A DNA stretch of 64,000 bases from Kiritimatiellia bacterium (GCA_040767085.1 JAXGPF010000008.1:32001-96000); one strand, 5' to 3'; counted from the stretch's first letter, positions 46,191 through 56,875 are shown. Notes: generated by a model from the letters alone, not told the origin. Translations and numbers: made by a program.

Positions 46191-48162
46191 GGTGAAATTA
46201 TCCCACCGCCGGCGCAACCTTGAGTTCCGTCCGGTTTACCGGCCCCGCGACCGCAAGGTCGGGGAAGCGGCGCTGTTCTGGCGGTTCATCCGCAATTACC
46301 TGCTGCCCTACCGCCGGATTATCCTGCTCTGCGTCCTGCTGGCGGCGCTGGATAGTTGCGGCTCGTTTTACCTGATCGCCTGGTATACGCGGGTGGTGGT
46401 GGACAAGGTGCTGGTGGTCCGCCCCGCGGCCGCGCCGCCATCCACCGCCGCCGGCTTGCACGAAGAGCCGCAAGCTTTCGCCCCGTTGAACGCGGCCGAC
46501 CGCCGCGGCCAGCACCAGCCGCGGGTCGGCCTGCATCGCGCGCTGGAAACGGCGCCCCTGGCCGGCGGACGGCCGCCGCGCGCCGGCATGCTGCTGGCGG
46601 GTTTGTTTGTCCTCTACCTGCTGACCATCCTGGCGGGCAACCTGATTAACCGCCTGGCTATCCGGCACCGCATCATGGTCGGACGGCGGATCACCAACCG
46701 GCTGCGGGACGATATGCATGAACACGTGATCCGCCTGAGCGTTTCCGCGCAGTCGGCGCATACCCCCGGCCGCCTGATGGCCCGCATCCTCTCCGATGTC
46801 GAAGCGGTGCAGGAATACATGTTGACGCTGATCATCAACGCTTCCAGCCAGTTGATCATGGTGCTGGTCGGCATGTTGCTGCTGGCGCTGATTGACGGGC
46901 GGATCGCCCTGATGGTGCTGGCGATCATGCCGCTGTATGTCATCATCTACCGCGTGGCGCGGCCCCACTTGCGCCGCAACAACCAGGAATTGCGCCATAC
47001 CAACGCCTGCCTCTACGGGCTGGTATCGCAGAAACTGGACGCCATCCGCCTGATCCAGTCCGGCAACCGCGAGAAACGCGAATTGCTGGCATTCTTCCGG
47101 CTGGTCAGCTGCTACCTGCGCGACAGCCTACACCAGGCCTTCCTCGGCTCGTTGAGCGGGCGCCTGGCGGAATTAGTGCGCGCCCTGGGGACGAATGGCG
47201 CGGTTTTCATCTACGGGATGCAGCAGGTGCTGGCCGGCCGGATCAGCCTGGGGGGAATGCTGTACGCCTATGCCACGGCCGCCTCCCTGTTTTCGCCCGT
47301 GCTGGCGCTCAGCCGCCTGAACATGGTGGTGTCCAACCTGCTGGTTTCCCTGCAGCGGCTGGCGGAGATCATGGACGAGCCGGCAGTGATCGCCGACGCA
47401 CCCGATGCCCGGGACCTGGCTTTGCCCCTGCGCCACGGGATTGAAATCTCCGGCCTGCAGTTTGGGTATGACGCCCGGCAGCCGCCGGTGTTGCGCGGGC
47501 TTGACCTGTTTGTGCCGGCTGGAACCTGGATGTGCATCATGGGTCCCAGCGGATCGGGGAAAACCACCCTGTTGTATCTGCTGGCCCGCCTGCTGGAACG
47601 CACTGGCGGCGCCATTCTGCTGGATGGAACACCGCTGGAAAAAATCCGGCTGGAAGCCCTGCGCCGGCAAGTGGCGCTGGTGCCGCAGGAACCGCAGATC
47701 ATCAGCGGCACCGTGCGCGATAACATCTGTTACGGACGGCCCGGAGCCGAACCGGGCGAAATCATGGCCGCCGCCCAAGCCGCCGAGTTTCACGACTTTG
47801 TCATTTCCATGCCCGTGCAATACGAAACTCTGCTGGGCGAAAAGGGCGCCAGCCTCTCCGGCGGCCAGCGCCAGCGCCTTTCCCTCGCCCGGGCACTGCT
47901 GACCCGGCCGGAAATCCTGCTGCTGGACGACTGCACTTCGGCCCTGGACGCGGAGACGGAGCACCGCATCCAGGAAACCCTGGCGCGCGTGCTGCGCGGC
48001 AAGACCGCTGTGCTGGTCTCGCAGCGCGTTTCCATGGCCCAGCGCTGCCGGACGGTATGCGTGCTGCAGGACGGCCAGATCGCGGAAATCGGCGCGCCGG
48101 ACGAATTGCGGACGCGCGGCGGTTATTACGCGCGGTTGTACGCCCAGCAGACGGGGAATTGA
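46180..48162 (+). CDS. ABC exporter TMD-NBD subunit 2 (degenerate Walker B/H-switch)
   Basis: GPSGSGKTT, LSGGQRQR, LLDDCTSALD, VSQRVS. Confidence 0.93.
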   Translation: MMIRVKLSHRRRNLEFRPVYRPRDRKVGEAALFWRFIRNYLLPYRRIILLCVLLAALDSCGSFYLIAWYTRVVVDKVLVVRPAAAPPSTAAGLHEEPQAFAPLNAADRRGQHQPRVGLHRALETAPLAGGRPPRAGMLLAGLFVLYLLTILAGNLINRLAIRHRIMVGRRITNRLRDDMHEHVIRLSVSAQSAHTPGRLMARILSDVEAVQEYMLTLIINASSQLIMVLVGMLLLALIDGRIALMVLAIMPLYVIIYRVARPHLRRNNQELRHTNACLYGLVSQKLDAIRLIQSGNREKRELLAFFRLVSCYLRDSLHQAFLGSLSGRLAELVRALGTNGAVFIYGMQQVLAGRISLGGMLYAYATAASLFSPVLALSRLNMVVSNLLVSLQRLAEIMDEPAVIADAPDARDLALPLRHGIEISGLQFGYDARQPPVLRGLDLFVPAGTWMCIMGPSGSGKTTLLYLLARLLERTGGAILLDGTPLEKIRLEALRRQVALVPQEPQIISGTVRDNICYGRPGAEPGEIMAAAQAAEFHDFVISMPVQYETLLGEKGASLSGGQRQRLSLARALLTRPEILLLDDCTSALDAETEHRIQETLARVLRGKTAVLVSQRVSMAQRCRTVCVLQDGQIAEIGAPDELRTRGGYYARLYAQQTGN

Positions 48163-48191
48163 GCCGCCGCGCGCCAACCTGAATTGCGCAT

Positions 48192-49259
48192 TCAGAGTTG
48201 ATGGTTGGCCCGGTAAAATTTGCGGCGCCGCGCCTTGATGACAAGGCCGGCGCCGGCGCCGGCGGCCGCCAGGGCCGCCGCCGCCAGCACGGCCAACCAG
48301 GCCGGCCACCGCGGCCCGGCCGCCTGGCTGTCAGGGGCGGGGGCCGGGGTGGGCGCCGGCGCGGGAACCGGCGGCGGCGCGGCAGGTTTGGCGGGCGCCC
48401 TGGCAAAGCCCAGCGCGAGCAATTCCGCCGCCTTGGCGTCCCGGGTTTTCTTGTCCGGGCAGCCGAGCAGGACGGCGATGATGCGGGTGTCGCCGCGTTT
48501 GGCGGTGGCGATCATGGAATAGCCGGCCTGGCGGAAGTAGCCGGTTTTCATCCCGTCGCATCCCGCGCAGGTGAACAACAGGCTGTTGTGGCTGCGCATG
48601 ACAAACGGCGGCTGCTCGCGGAACGGGCGTTCGACGGTGGAGGTGTAACGCAGGCTTGCCGGGTAGGCCAGGACCGCCCGGGCCAGGCGCGCCAGGTCGC
48701 GGGCCGTACTGACGTCCGGCTGCTGGCCCGCGGCCGGGGGCAGGCCGTGGACGGAATGGAACTGCGTCGCTTGCATGCGCAGGCTCCGCGCCTGCCGGTT
48801 CATCATTTCCACGAAGCGGTCTTTGCCGCCGGCGATGTGAATGGCCAGGGCCGTGGCGGCGTCGTTGGCGGACTGTACCATCAGCGCGTAAAGCAATTCG
48901 TCCACCGTGAAGGACTCGTTTTCCTGGAGGTAAACCTGCGAGCCGCCGATCCGGGCGGCCTCGGCGGTTACACGCACCGGGTCGTCCGGCTGCAGCTTGC
49001 CCGCCTGGATCGCCTGCAGGACCAGCAGCAGGTCCATGACTTTGAGCACGCTGGCGGGATAGCCCGGCGCGTCCGAGCGGTCTTCATAGAGGATCATGCC
49101 GGTGTCGGCGTCGGTCACAATGGCGCCCAGGTAAGGCGTTCCGATACGGGTTTCGATCTGGGCGCGCGCGGCGCGGACGGCATCCGGCCGCCCCGCGGCC
49201 AGCAGGCAGGCCAGGCCGATGCCGGCGCGCCAGGCAGCGGACGGAAGTCGTGCATGCAT
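48192..49259 (-). CDS. D-alanyl-D-alanine carboxypeptidase (peptidase S11)
   Basis: PASVLK (SxxK), SANDAA (SxN), KTG; Pro-rich linker and C-terminal TM. Confidence 0.92.
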   Translation of the reverse strand: MHARLPSAAWRAGIGLACLLAAGRPDAVRAARAQIETRIGTPYLGAIVTDADTGMILYEDRSDAPGYPASVLKVMDLLLVLQAIQAGKLQPDDPVRVTAEAARIGGSQVYLQENESFTVDELLYALMVQSANDAATALAIHIAGGKDRFVEMMNRQARSLRMQATQFHSVHGLPPAAGQQPDVSTARDLARLARAVLAYPASLRYTSTVERPFREQPPFVMRSHNSLLFTCAGCDGMKTGYFRQAGYSMIATAKRGDTRIIAVLLGCPDKKTRDAKAAELLALGFARAPAKPAAPPPVPAPAPTPAPAPDSQAAGPRWPAWLAVLAAAALAAAGAGAGLVIKARRRKFYRANHQL

Positions 49260-49450
49260 ATTGATAAGCCCTGAATTTCCGCGATACGAACGATGATGCG
49301 GCCGGTGCGGCGGCGCATGGTTTGACCGGAAATATGGCCGCCGCCGGCGCGGATGTCAAGCGTTTATCCGCCGGCGGCATATAACCGGCAGCGAAATATT
49401 ATTAAAAAATATTTGACAAATTCCGGGACGGTGGATAATAATGCCCGCGC

Positions 49451-49573
49451 ATGAAAAATTATCACACCACCGTAGTCATCCGCGAGGTTAACGGCGCGTT
49501 GCGCGGGGCGCTCGTATTGCGCCTGGCCGTGCCGGGCGCCTGGCACGGTGGTCAACCCCTGCAGCCGGCTTGA
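49451..49573 (+). CDS. Putative ilv leader peptide (40 aa)
   Basis: MKNYHTTVVIREVNGALRGALVLRLAVPGAWHGGQPLQPA*; Val/Ile/Leu clusters; TTGACA at 49413. Confidence 0.65.
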   Translation: MKNYHTTVVIREVNGALRGALVLRLAVPGAWHGGQPLQPA

Positions 49574-49597
49574 ATCTGCCGGATGATCCAGGAGCCC

Positions 49598-49630
49598 AAC
49601 CCACCGTGCGCAAGCGGTGGGTTTTTTTTT
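49598..49630 (+). terminator. Attenuator terminator upstream of ilvB
   Basis: AACCCACCG-tgcgcaag-CGGTGGG followed by T9. Confidence 0.85.
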
Positions 49631-49655
49631 AGCGTTGGACGAAGGGAGGGCGGCG

Positions 49656-51374
49656 ATGCGGACAGGCGTGCAATGTTTGATGGACGGATTGCAGCAAGCC
49701 GGCGTGGAAGTGGTGTTCGGGCTCCCGGGCGGGCAAGTGCTGGATATTTTCAAGGATTTGTATCATGCGCCGTTTGAATTTTTCCTGACGCGGCACGAGC
49801 AGGGCGCCGCGCACATGGCGGACGGGTATGCGCGGGCCACCGGCCGCGTCGGCTGTTGCCTGGTGACTTCAGGTCCCGGCGCCACCAATGCCGTCACCGG
49901 GCTGGCCACGGCCAACATGGATTCCATCCCGCTGGTGTGCATTACCGGCCAGGTGCCATCGCACATGATCGGCAACGACGCTTTCCAGGAAGCCGACATC
50001 ACCGGCATCACCCGCCCGGTGACCAAGCACAATTACCTGGTGCGCAACGTGGACGACCTCCCGCGCATCATTGCCGAGGCCTTTTACATCGCCCGTTCGG
50101 GCAAGCCCGGCCCGGTGCTGGTGGATATCCCCAAGGATGTGCAGCGGGCTTCCACACGCGCGCCGACGCCCACGGAAGTGAAAATCCGCAGTTACAACCC
50201 CACCACCGAGGGCCACCCGCGCCAGATCGCCAAGCTGGCCGAGGCGCTGAACGCCGCGGAACGGCCGCTTTTGTACGCCGGCGGGGGCGTGATCTTGAGC
50301 AACGCGGCGGCGGAATTGACGGCGCTGGCGCGCAAGGCGCGCCTGCCGGTGACCACCACGCTGCTGGGCCTGGGCGCGTTCCCGGAGACCGATCCCCTGG
50401 CGCTGCGGATGCTGGGTATGCATGGCAGCGCCGCGGCTAATTTCGCCGTGCAAGAATGCGATTTGCTGGTGTCCGTGGGCGCCCGTTTCGACGACCGGGT
50501 GACCGGGAAAGTGTCGGAATTCGCGCCGCATGCCAAAATTGCCCACATTGACATTGACCCCTCGGCCATTGCCAAGAGCGTGGAAGTGGATATCCCCGTG
50601 GTGGGCGATGTCAGGCAGGTTTTGTCCGAATTGCTGCCGCAGGTGGAATCCCGCGAGCGCGCGTCATGGCTGGCGAAGCTCGGACAATGGCAGGCCAAGC
50701 ATCCTTTCAGTTACGATCCGGACCCGGCCAAGCTCATGCCGCAGTACGTGATTGAGCAGATTTACAAGCTGACCGGCGGCAAGGCGATTATCGCCACGGA
50801 AGTGGGGCAGCACCAGATGTGGGCGGCGCATTTTTACAAGTACACCCGCCCGCGGACGTTCATCTCTTCCGGCGGCCTGGGCACCATGGGGTTCGGCCTG
50901 CCGGCGGCCATCGGCGCCCAGGCGGGCTGCCGCGACCAGATGGTGGTGGATATCGCCGGGGATGGCAGCGCCCAGATGAATTTCCAGGAAATGGTGGTGG
51001 CGGTGGAACACAAACTGCCGGTCAAGGTGGTCATTTTGAACAACACCTACCTGGGCATGGTGCGCCAGTGGCAGGAGATGTTTTACAAGCACGAGTATTC
51101 CGCCACCGTGCTCCGGCAGAGCGACCGCCCGAAAAACGAGCGCATCGCCGACGGCGCCGCGGGGTACCTGCCGGATTTCGTCAAGCTGGCCGAGGCCCAC
51201 GGCGCTTACGGCGACCGGGTCGTCCGGCGCGAGGACGTCATCCCCGCCCTGGAAAAGGCCTTCGCCTACAACGGTCCGGCCCTGGTGGAATGCATGGTGG
51301 AGCGCGAAGCCAACGTGTATCCCATGGTGCCGGCCGGGGCTTCGTTGACGGAAATGATTCACAGCATGGCATGA
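49656..51374 (+). CDS. ilvB: Acetolactate synthase large subunit
   Basis: RHEQGAAHMADGYAR, TSGPGATN, DAFQEAD, GDGS..N TPP motif, GMVRQWQ. Confidence 0.97.
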   Translation: MRTGVQCLMDGLQQAGVEVVFGLPGGQVLDIFKDLYHAPFEFFLTRHEQGAAHMADGYARATGRVGCCLVTSGPGATNAVTGLATANMDSIPLVCITGQVPSHMIGNDAFQEADITGITRPVTKHNYLVRNVDDLPRIIAEAFYIARSGKPGPVLVDIPKDVQRASTRAPTPTEVKIRSYNPTTEGHPRQIAKLAEALNAAERPLLYAGGGVILSNAAAELTALARKARLPVTTTLLGLGAFPETDPLALRMLGMHGSAAANFAVQECDLLVSVGARFDDRVTGKVSEFAPHAKIAHIDIDPSAIAKSVEVDIPVVGDVRQVLSELLPQVESRERASWLAKLGQWQAKHPFSYDPDPAKLMPQYVIEQIYKLTGGKAIIATEVGQHQMWAAHFYKYTRPRTFISSGGLGTMGFGLPAAIGAQAGCRDQMVVDIAGDGSAQMNFQEMVVAVEHKLPVKVVILNNTYLGMVRQWQEMFYKHEYSATVLRQSDRPKNERIADGAAGYLPDFVKLAEAHGAYGDRVVRREDVIPALEKAFAYNGPALVECMVEREANVYPMVPAGASLTEMIHSMA

Positions 51375-51384
51375 GGGGGCAACG

Positions 51385-51861
51385 ATGAAACATATCCTGT
51401 CGGTGGTGGTGGAAAATCAGCCCGGGGTCCTGGCCCGCGTGGTCGGCCTGATCTCGGGGCGCGGCTACAACATTGACAGTTTGAACGTGGCGCCCACCCA
51501 GGACGCCTCCACCTCGCGCATCACGATGGTGGTGCCGGGCGACGATCGCGTGTTGGAGCAGGTGACCAAGCAGTTGAACAAGCTGGTGGACGTGATCAAG
51601 GTGCACGATTTCACCGGGGAACGCTTCCTGGGCCGTGAATTGATGCTGGTCAAGGTCATGACGGGGCCGAAAAACCGCGCGCCGGTGGTCGAGCTGGCCG
51701 CGCTGTTCAACGCCCGCGTGGTCAGCGTGCAGAGCAAGTCGCTGACCGTGCAGATGGCGGGCGCCAGCGAGGATGTGGACAACCTGCTGGAACTCCTGCG
51801 GCCGAACGGTATTTTGGAGTTGTCGCGCTCGGGGGTGATCGCGGTGGGCAAACAGGATTGA
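51385..51861 (+). CDS. ilvN: Acetolactate synthase small subunit
   Basis: ENQPGVLARVVGLISGRGYNIDSL, KQLNKLVDVIKV. Confidence 0.96.
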   Translation: MKHILSVVVENQPGVLARVVGLISGRGYNIDSLNVAPTQDASTSRITMVVPGDDRVLEQVTKQLNKLVDVIKVHDFTGERFLGRELMLVKVMTGPKNRAPVVELAALFNARVVSVQSKSLTVQMAGASEDVDNLLELLRPNGILELSRSGVIAVGKQD

Positions 51862-51907
51862 AGCGGCCGGCGCCAGGCGCCGCGGCCGGCACGGGAGACA
51901 TGCGAAA

Positions 51908-53464
51908 ATGAACAAGGCACAAAATGATCGCGTTTTGATTTTCGATACGACGCTGCGGGATGGCGAGCAATGCCCGGGCGCCAGCCTGAACCAGCGGGAG
52001 AAAATTGAAATTGCCCAGCAGTTGGCGCGCCTGAAAGTGGATGTGATCGAGGCGGGCTTTCCCATCGCCTCGCCGGATGATTTCCGGGCGGTGCAGGCGG
52101 TGGCGGAGCAGGTCCAGGGGCCGCGCATCGCCGGCCTCGCGCGTTCTATGGAAAAGGACATTGTGCGCTGTGCCGAGGCCGTGGCCCCCGCCGGCAAGCG
52201 CGGGCGCATCCATGTGTTCCTGGCCACTTCCCGCATCCACCGCGAGTTCAAACTGCGCAAGGACCAGCGGGAAATCATCCGCCTGGCCGTGGACGCCGTG
52301 ACCCGCGCGCGGAAGCTGTGCGGGGATGTGGAGTTCAGCCCCGAGGATGCCTCGCGCACCGAGCCGGAATTTCTGGCCGAGGTGGTCCGCGCCGTGATTG
52401 ACGCCGGGGCGGGCACCGTCAATATTCCCGACACGGTCGGGTACGCCGTGCCGGACGAGTTCGGCGCCTTGATTGCCGAGCTGTTCGAACGTGTGCCCAA
52501 TATCGGCCAGGCCATCATCAACGTCCATTGCCATAACGACCTGGGACTGGCAGTCGCCAATTCGCTGGCAGCCGTCAAAAACGGCGCCCGGGGCGTCGAA
52601 TGCACGATCAACGGCCTGGGCGAGCGGGCGGGCAATTGTGCGCTGGAAGAATTCGTCATGGCCCTGCGGACGCGGGCGGACGCCTTCAAGCTGCGGACGG
52701 GGATTGAAACCCGCGAAATTTACCGCGCGAGCCGGCTGGTCAGCCGGCTGACGGGCATGGTGGTGCAGCGCAACAAGGCCATCGTGGGCGCGAATGCCTT
52801 CGCCCATGAGTCGGGCATCCACCAGGACGGCATCCTGAAGGAACGCAGCACGTATGAAATCATGCGCCCGGAAGATATCGGCCTCGAAGGCGGCACGGAA
52901 CTGGTCCTGGGTAAACACTCCGGCCGGCACGCCTTCCGCGACCGCCTGGCCGGCATGGGCTTCCAACTGAACGCGGAGGAACTGGAACGGGCTTACGCGC
53001 GGTTTATCGAACTGGCCGACAAGAAAAAAGCGATGTACGACGACGATCTCCTGGCCATTGCCCGCCATGAAATGGAGGATGTGGCCGGGATCTATGCCCT
53101 GGAATACATCCAAGTTTCCACCGGCTCGAGCACCGTGCCTACCGCCACTGTCCGCTTGAAAAAAGGCGCGGCCGTCAAGCAGGATGCCGCCTGCGGCGAT
53201 GGCCCGGTAGATGCCGCCTTGAAGACCGTGGACCGCATCACCGGCGTGCCCGGCCGCCTGCTGGATTACGGCATTCAAGCGGTGACGGTCGGGAAGGACG
53301 CCCAGGGCGAGGTGAGCATGCGCGTGGCGTTTGACAAAGACGTAGTCAGCGGCAAGGCGGCCGGCACGGACATCGTGCAGGCCAGCGCCGCCGCTTACCT
53401 GAATTGCGTCAACCGCATGCTGGCCGCGCGGCGCCAGGCGGAGCCGGCCGCTAAAAATTCATGA
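51908..53464 (+). CDS. leuA: 2-isopropylmalate synthase
   Basis: FDTTLRDGEQ, HCHNDLG, GERAGN, AFAHESGIHQDG, GDGPVDA. Confidence 0.96.
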   Translation: MNKAQNDRVLIFDTTLRDGEQCPGASLNQREKIEIAQQLARLKVDVIEAGFPIASPDDFRAVQAVAEQVQGPRIAGLARSMEKDIVRCAEAVAPAGKRGRIHVFLATSRIHREFKLRKDQREIIRLAVDAVTRARKLCGDVEFSPEDASRTEPEFLAEVVRAVIDAGAGTVNIPDTVGYAVPDEFGALIAELFERVPNIGQAIINVHCHNDLGLAVANSLAAVKNGARGVECTINGLGERAGNCALEEFVMALRTRADAFKLRTGIETREIYRASRLVSRLTGMVVQRNKAIVGANAFAHESGIHQDGILKERSTYEIMRPEDIGLEGGTELVLGKHSGRHAFRDRLAGMGFQLNAEELERAYARFIELADKKKAMYDDDLLAIARHEMEDVAGIYALEYIQVSTGSSTVPTATVRLKKGAAVKQDAACGDGPVDAALKTVDRITGVPGRLLDYGIQAVTVGKDAQGEVSMRVAFDKDVVSGKAAGTDIVQASAAAYLNCVNRMLAARRQAEPAAKNS

Positions 53465-54330
53465 TTGACGCCAGAACCAAGCTATACGCCGTGCTCGGGC
53501 ATCCAGTGAGCCATTCGCTGTCGCCGCCGATGCAAAACGCGGCTTTTGCCGCCTTGGGTATCAACGCCGCCTACCTGGCATTTGACGTCGCGCCCGACCG
53601 GCTGCCGGCATTGCTGCCGGCCCTGGCCGAACTGGGGTTTGCCGGCTTGAACCTGACCGTGCCGCTGAAGGAACCCGCCTTGCAGTGCCTCTCCGACTTG
53701 GATGAATCCGCCGCGCGCATGCGGTCGGTCAATACCGTCCGGATGGACGGGCATGCGATGCGCGGCTACAGCACCGACGGCGCGGGCTTCCTGGCGGCCT
53801 TGCGGGCGGAATTCAGCCTGGAGGTCCGGGGCCGGAGCATGTGCCTGCTGGGCTGCGGCGGCGCCGGCCGCGCGGTGGCCATCGCCTGTGCCCTGGCCGG
53901 CGCGGCGGAAATCCGGCTGGCCAACCGTTCCGCCGGCCGCGCGGAGCGGTTGGCCGCCGAAATCGCCGGCCTGCCGGACGCCCCCCGCGTCAGCCTGGCG
54001 CCGGCGCAGCCGGCGGCCTGGCGGGAAGCCTGCCGGCAGGCGGAAATTGTGGTGCAGGCCACGTCCGTGGGCTTGCGGCCGGGAGACCCGCCGCTGGTCG
54101 GCGCCGATGCCTTTCAGGCCGGCCAGTGGTTTTACGACTTGATCTACCATGTGCCGGAAACCGCAACGATGCGCGCCGCGGCCACCGCCGGCGCGCGCGC
54201 AGCCAACGGCTTGGGGATGTTGTTGTATCAGGGGGCGCTCGCCCTGGAAATCTGGACCGGCCGGCCGGCGCCCGTGGCGCCTATGCGCCGGGCGTTGCAG
54301 CAGGCGGTATACGGGGACAACCTGCCATGA
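53461..54330 (+). CDS. aroE: Shikimate dehydrogenase
   Basis: [38 protein letters not shown]. Confidence 0.94.
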   Translation: MIDARTKLYAVLGHPVSHSLSPPMQNAAFAALGINAAYLAFDVAPDRLPALLPALAELGFAGLNLTVPLKEPALQCLSDLDESAARMRSVNTVRMDGHAMRGYSTDGAGFLAALRAEFSLEVRGRSMCLLGCGGAGRAVAIACALAGAAEIRLANRSAGRAERLAAEIAGLPDAPRVSLAPAQPAAWREACRQAEIVVQATSVGLRPGDPPLVGADAFQAGQWFYDLIYHVPETATMRAAATAGARAANGLGMLLYQGALALEIWTGRPAPVAPMRRALQQAVYGDNLP

Positions 54331-55145
54331 CCTATGAATTCGCGTTCGCCTATCTTTCAACAATGATCTTTGTCCTGGGAGCATGCATCGGCAGTTTTGT
54401 CAATGTCTGCATTTACCGGATTCCCCGCGACCTCTCGGTGGTGGCGCCGCGCTCGTTTTGCCCCGCTTGTTCGCGGATGATTCCCTGGTATTATAACCTG
54501 CCGCTGCTGAGTTATCTCATACTCGGGGGGCAGTGCCGTTATTGCGGCGGCAAAATCAACCTGCGTTATTTCCTGGTGGAGGCGTTGACCGGCTTCCTGT
54601 TCCTGATGATCTGGCTGCGGTTCGGCTGGGATGTCCGCACGCCCGCGTATTGGCTGCTGGCCGCGGGCTTGGTCATTGCCGCGTTTGTAGATTTCGAACA
54701 CCTGATCATTCCCGACCGCATTTCCATCGGCGGGATGCTGGCCGGCCCGGCCCTGGCGGCCTGGGCGCCTGCCATGCACGGTCAGGCGGCGGCTTTTGCC
54801 GGATTCCGTGCGGCGTTGCTGGGCATGCTGGCCGGCACGCTCCTGCTCTGGTCCGTGGCCGAACTCGGGCGCCTGTATTTCAAGCGCGAAGCCATGGGCC
54901 TGGGCGATGTCAAACTGCTGGGGGCGATTGGGGCGTTTCTCGGCTGGCAGGCAGTGCTGTTTACCGTCATCTGCGCCTCGACGGTCGGGGCGGCGGCCGG
55001 GATGACGATGATCGCCATGGGGCGCAAAAAGATGGCGAGTAAAATCCCGTTCGGTCCGTACCTGGCCATGGCCGCTTTGTTGTGGGTGCTGGGCGGCGCG
55101 GACTGGTGGCAGGCCTACCTGGCATGGCTGACGCAAGCGCCCTAG
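54327..55145 (+). CDS. PilD-type prepilin peptidase (A24)
   Basis: [44 protein letters not shown]. Confidence 0.93.
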   Translation: MTYEFAFAYLSTMIFVLGACIGSFVNVCIYRIPRDLSVVAPRSFCPACSRMIPWYYNLPLLSYLILGGQCRYCGGKINLRYFLVEALTGFLFLMIWLRFGWDVRTPAYWLLAAGLVIAAFVDFEHLIIPDRISIGGMLAGPALAAWAPAMHGQAAAFAGFRAALLGMLAGTLLLWSVAELGRLYFKREAMGLGDVKLLGAIGAFLGWQAVLFTVICASTVGAAAGMTMIAMGRKKMASKIPFGPYLAMAALLWVLGGADWWQAYLAWLTQAP

Positions 55146-55185
55146 GCGGGGACCGGCTGGTTAAACGGCAACAGGCAATCCAACC

Positions 55186-55755
55186 ATGCGCGACGCGTTC
55201 AATATCACTTTGGCGGGATTTATGGGGACGGGGAAATCCGCCGTCGGCCGGCGGCTGGCGGAGGCCTTGGGGCGCGAGTTCGTAGACATGGACGCCGTTC
55301 TGGAAGCGCGCGAGGGCCTGCCCGTGCGCCGGATTTTCGATGAAAAGGGCGAGCAATATTTCCGCAGCCTGGAACGGAGCCTGGTCGTCGAACTGGCGGC
55401 GCGGCGGAACCTGGTGATAGCCGCCGGCGGCGGCGCGATCCTCGATCCGGCAAATTTCCGGCGGCTGGCCGCCGCCGGCCCGGTGATCTGCCTGACCGCG
55501 GCGCCCGAAACTATTGCCGCCCGGCTGGGCGCGGCGCAAACGCGGCCGCTGCTGGCCGGCGGCGATCCCGCGCGGATATTAGGCGAAATCCGCCGGCTGC
55601 TGGCGGAGCGCCAGCCGGCTTATGCCGCCGTGCCCTGGCAGGTGGCGACGGACGGCTTGACCGCCGCGGCGGTGGCCCGCCGGATTCTGCGGCAATTGCC
55701 GGCGGCCGTGGTCAGCGGCAAACCAGCGCTCCCGCCAGACCGCCCAGGATCATGA
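55186..55755 (+). CDS. aroK: Shikimate kinase
   Basis: GFMGTGKS, DMD, GEQYFR..E, GGG, RPLL. Confidence 0.93.
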   Translation: MRDAFNITLAGFMGTGKSAVGRRLAEALGREFVDMDAVLEAREGLPVRRIFDEKGEQYFRSLERSLVVELAARRNLVIAAGGGAILDPANFRRLAAAGPVICLTAAPETIAARLGAAQTRPLLAGGDPARILGEIRRLLAERQPAYAAVPWQVATDGLTAAAVARRILRQLPAAVVSGKPALPPDRPGS

Positions 55756-56254
55756 TCAGCGCCGGGTTGACCCGCGCGCAACGCAGAATCGCAAACGCTC
55801 CCACTGCCAGCGCGATGACCGCCAGCCGGCCGGTGCCCGGCGCGGCATTTTCCCACATGGCTATGGCCAGTTTGACGGCGGCGGCGGCAATCAGTCCGGC
55901 CACGGCCGGCCGGAGGGCGCCCATGATGGAATGCACCAGCGGGTGATGCCGGTAACGCTGCCAGGCGGCCGCCAGGGTGATCATGCCCAGCAGGGACGGC
56001 AGCGCCAGGGCGGCGGTCGCCAGCAGGGCGCCGCTGATCCCGGCGGTCTGGTACCCGATGTAAGTGGCGGCATTCACGGCCAGCGGCCCGGGGGTGATTT
56101 CCGCGATGGCCAGGATGTCCAAAAACTGGGCAGTCGTCAGCCAGCCATGGTGCTCGATTTCCTGCTGGATCAAGGGCAGCATGGCATAACCGCCGCCGAT
56201 GGTCAGGCAGCCGATTTTGACAAAAGATACGATTAATTGCAGGTAAATATGCAT
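55712..56254 (-). CDS. Short-chain chromate transporter (CHR) subunit
   Basis: IGGGYAM, AEITPGPLAVNAATYIG. Confidence 0.9.
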   Translation of the reverse strand: MHIYLQLIVSFVKIGCLTIGGGYAMLPLIQQEIEHHGWLTTAQFLDILAIAEITPGPLAVNAATYIGYQTAGISGALLATAALALPSLLGMITLAAAWQRYRHHPLVHSIMGALRPAVAGLIAAAAVKLAIAMWENAAPGTGRLAVIALAVGAFAILRCARVNPALIMILGGLAGALVCR

Positions 56255-56280
56255 GTCACAAATTTCAAACTCAACTCATG

Positions 56281-56865
56281 TCAAGTTCCCGCCTGTCGAC
56301 GCCGGTAAAAATAACGCAGGGCGCCGGCGGCGCCCGCGCCCAGGATGATCCAGACCACGCTGACGCCGGGGATCAGCGCCAGCGCGGCAGCCGTCCCGGC
56401 CAGGACCCAGGCGGTTGCGCTGCGGCAGGCGCGGCGGGCGGAGGTCCAGGCCACGGCGGCAATGAGCCCGGCCACGGCGCCCCGGATGCCCTGCATGCCC
56501 CGGGCCACCGCCGGAGCGCGCACGGCATGTTCGAGCAGCATGGCCAGCGCCAGGATCACGATCACGGACGGCGCGATCATGCCGGCCGTGGCGGCGATGG
56601 CGCCGGGGATGCCGGCCTGGCGCTTGCCGATGAAGGTGGCGGCATTGATGGCAATGGCGCCGGGAATGGTCTGCGCCATGGCGAAAATATCGTTGAGTTC
56701 CAGCGGCGTTGCCCACTGCCGGCGCTCGACGATTTCCCGTTCCAGCATCGGCAGCATGGCGTAACCGCCGCCGAACGTGAACAGGCCGACGCGGGCGAAA
56801 GCGCAGAACAACGCGCCTAGCGATGTCGGCCGCAGGGCGGCTTCAGATGGCGGAGAGGGAGGCAT
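56281..56865 (-). CDS. Short-chain chromate transporter (CHR) subunit
   Basis: FGGGYAM, AQTIPGAIAINAATFIG. Confidence 0.9.
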   Translation of the reverse strand: MPPSPPSEAALRPTSLGALFCAFARVGLFTFGGGYAMLPMLEREIVERRQWATPLELNDIFAMAQTIPGAIAINAATFIGKRQAGIPGAIAATAGMIAPSVIVILALAMLLEHAVRAPAVARGMQGIRGAVAGLIAAVAWTSARRACRSATAWVLAGTAAALALIPGVSVVWIILGAGAAGALRYFYRRRQAGT

Positions 56866-56875
56866 GATCCGTTCT

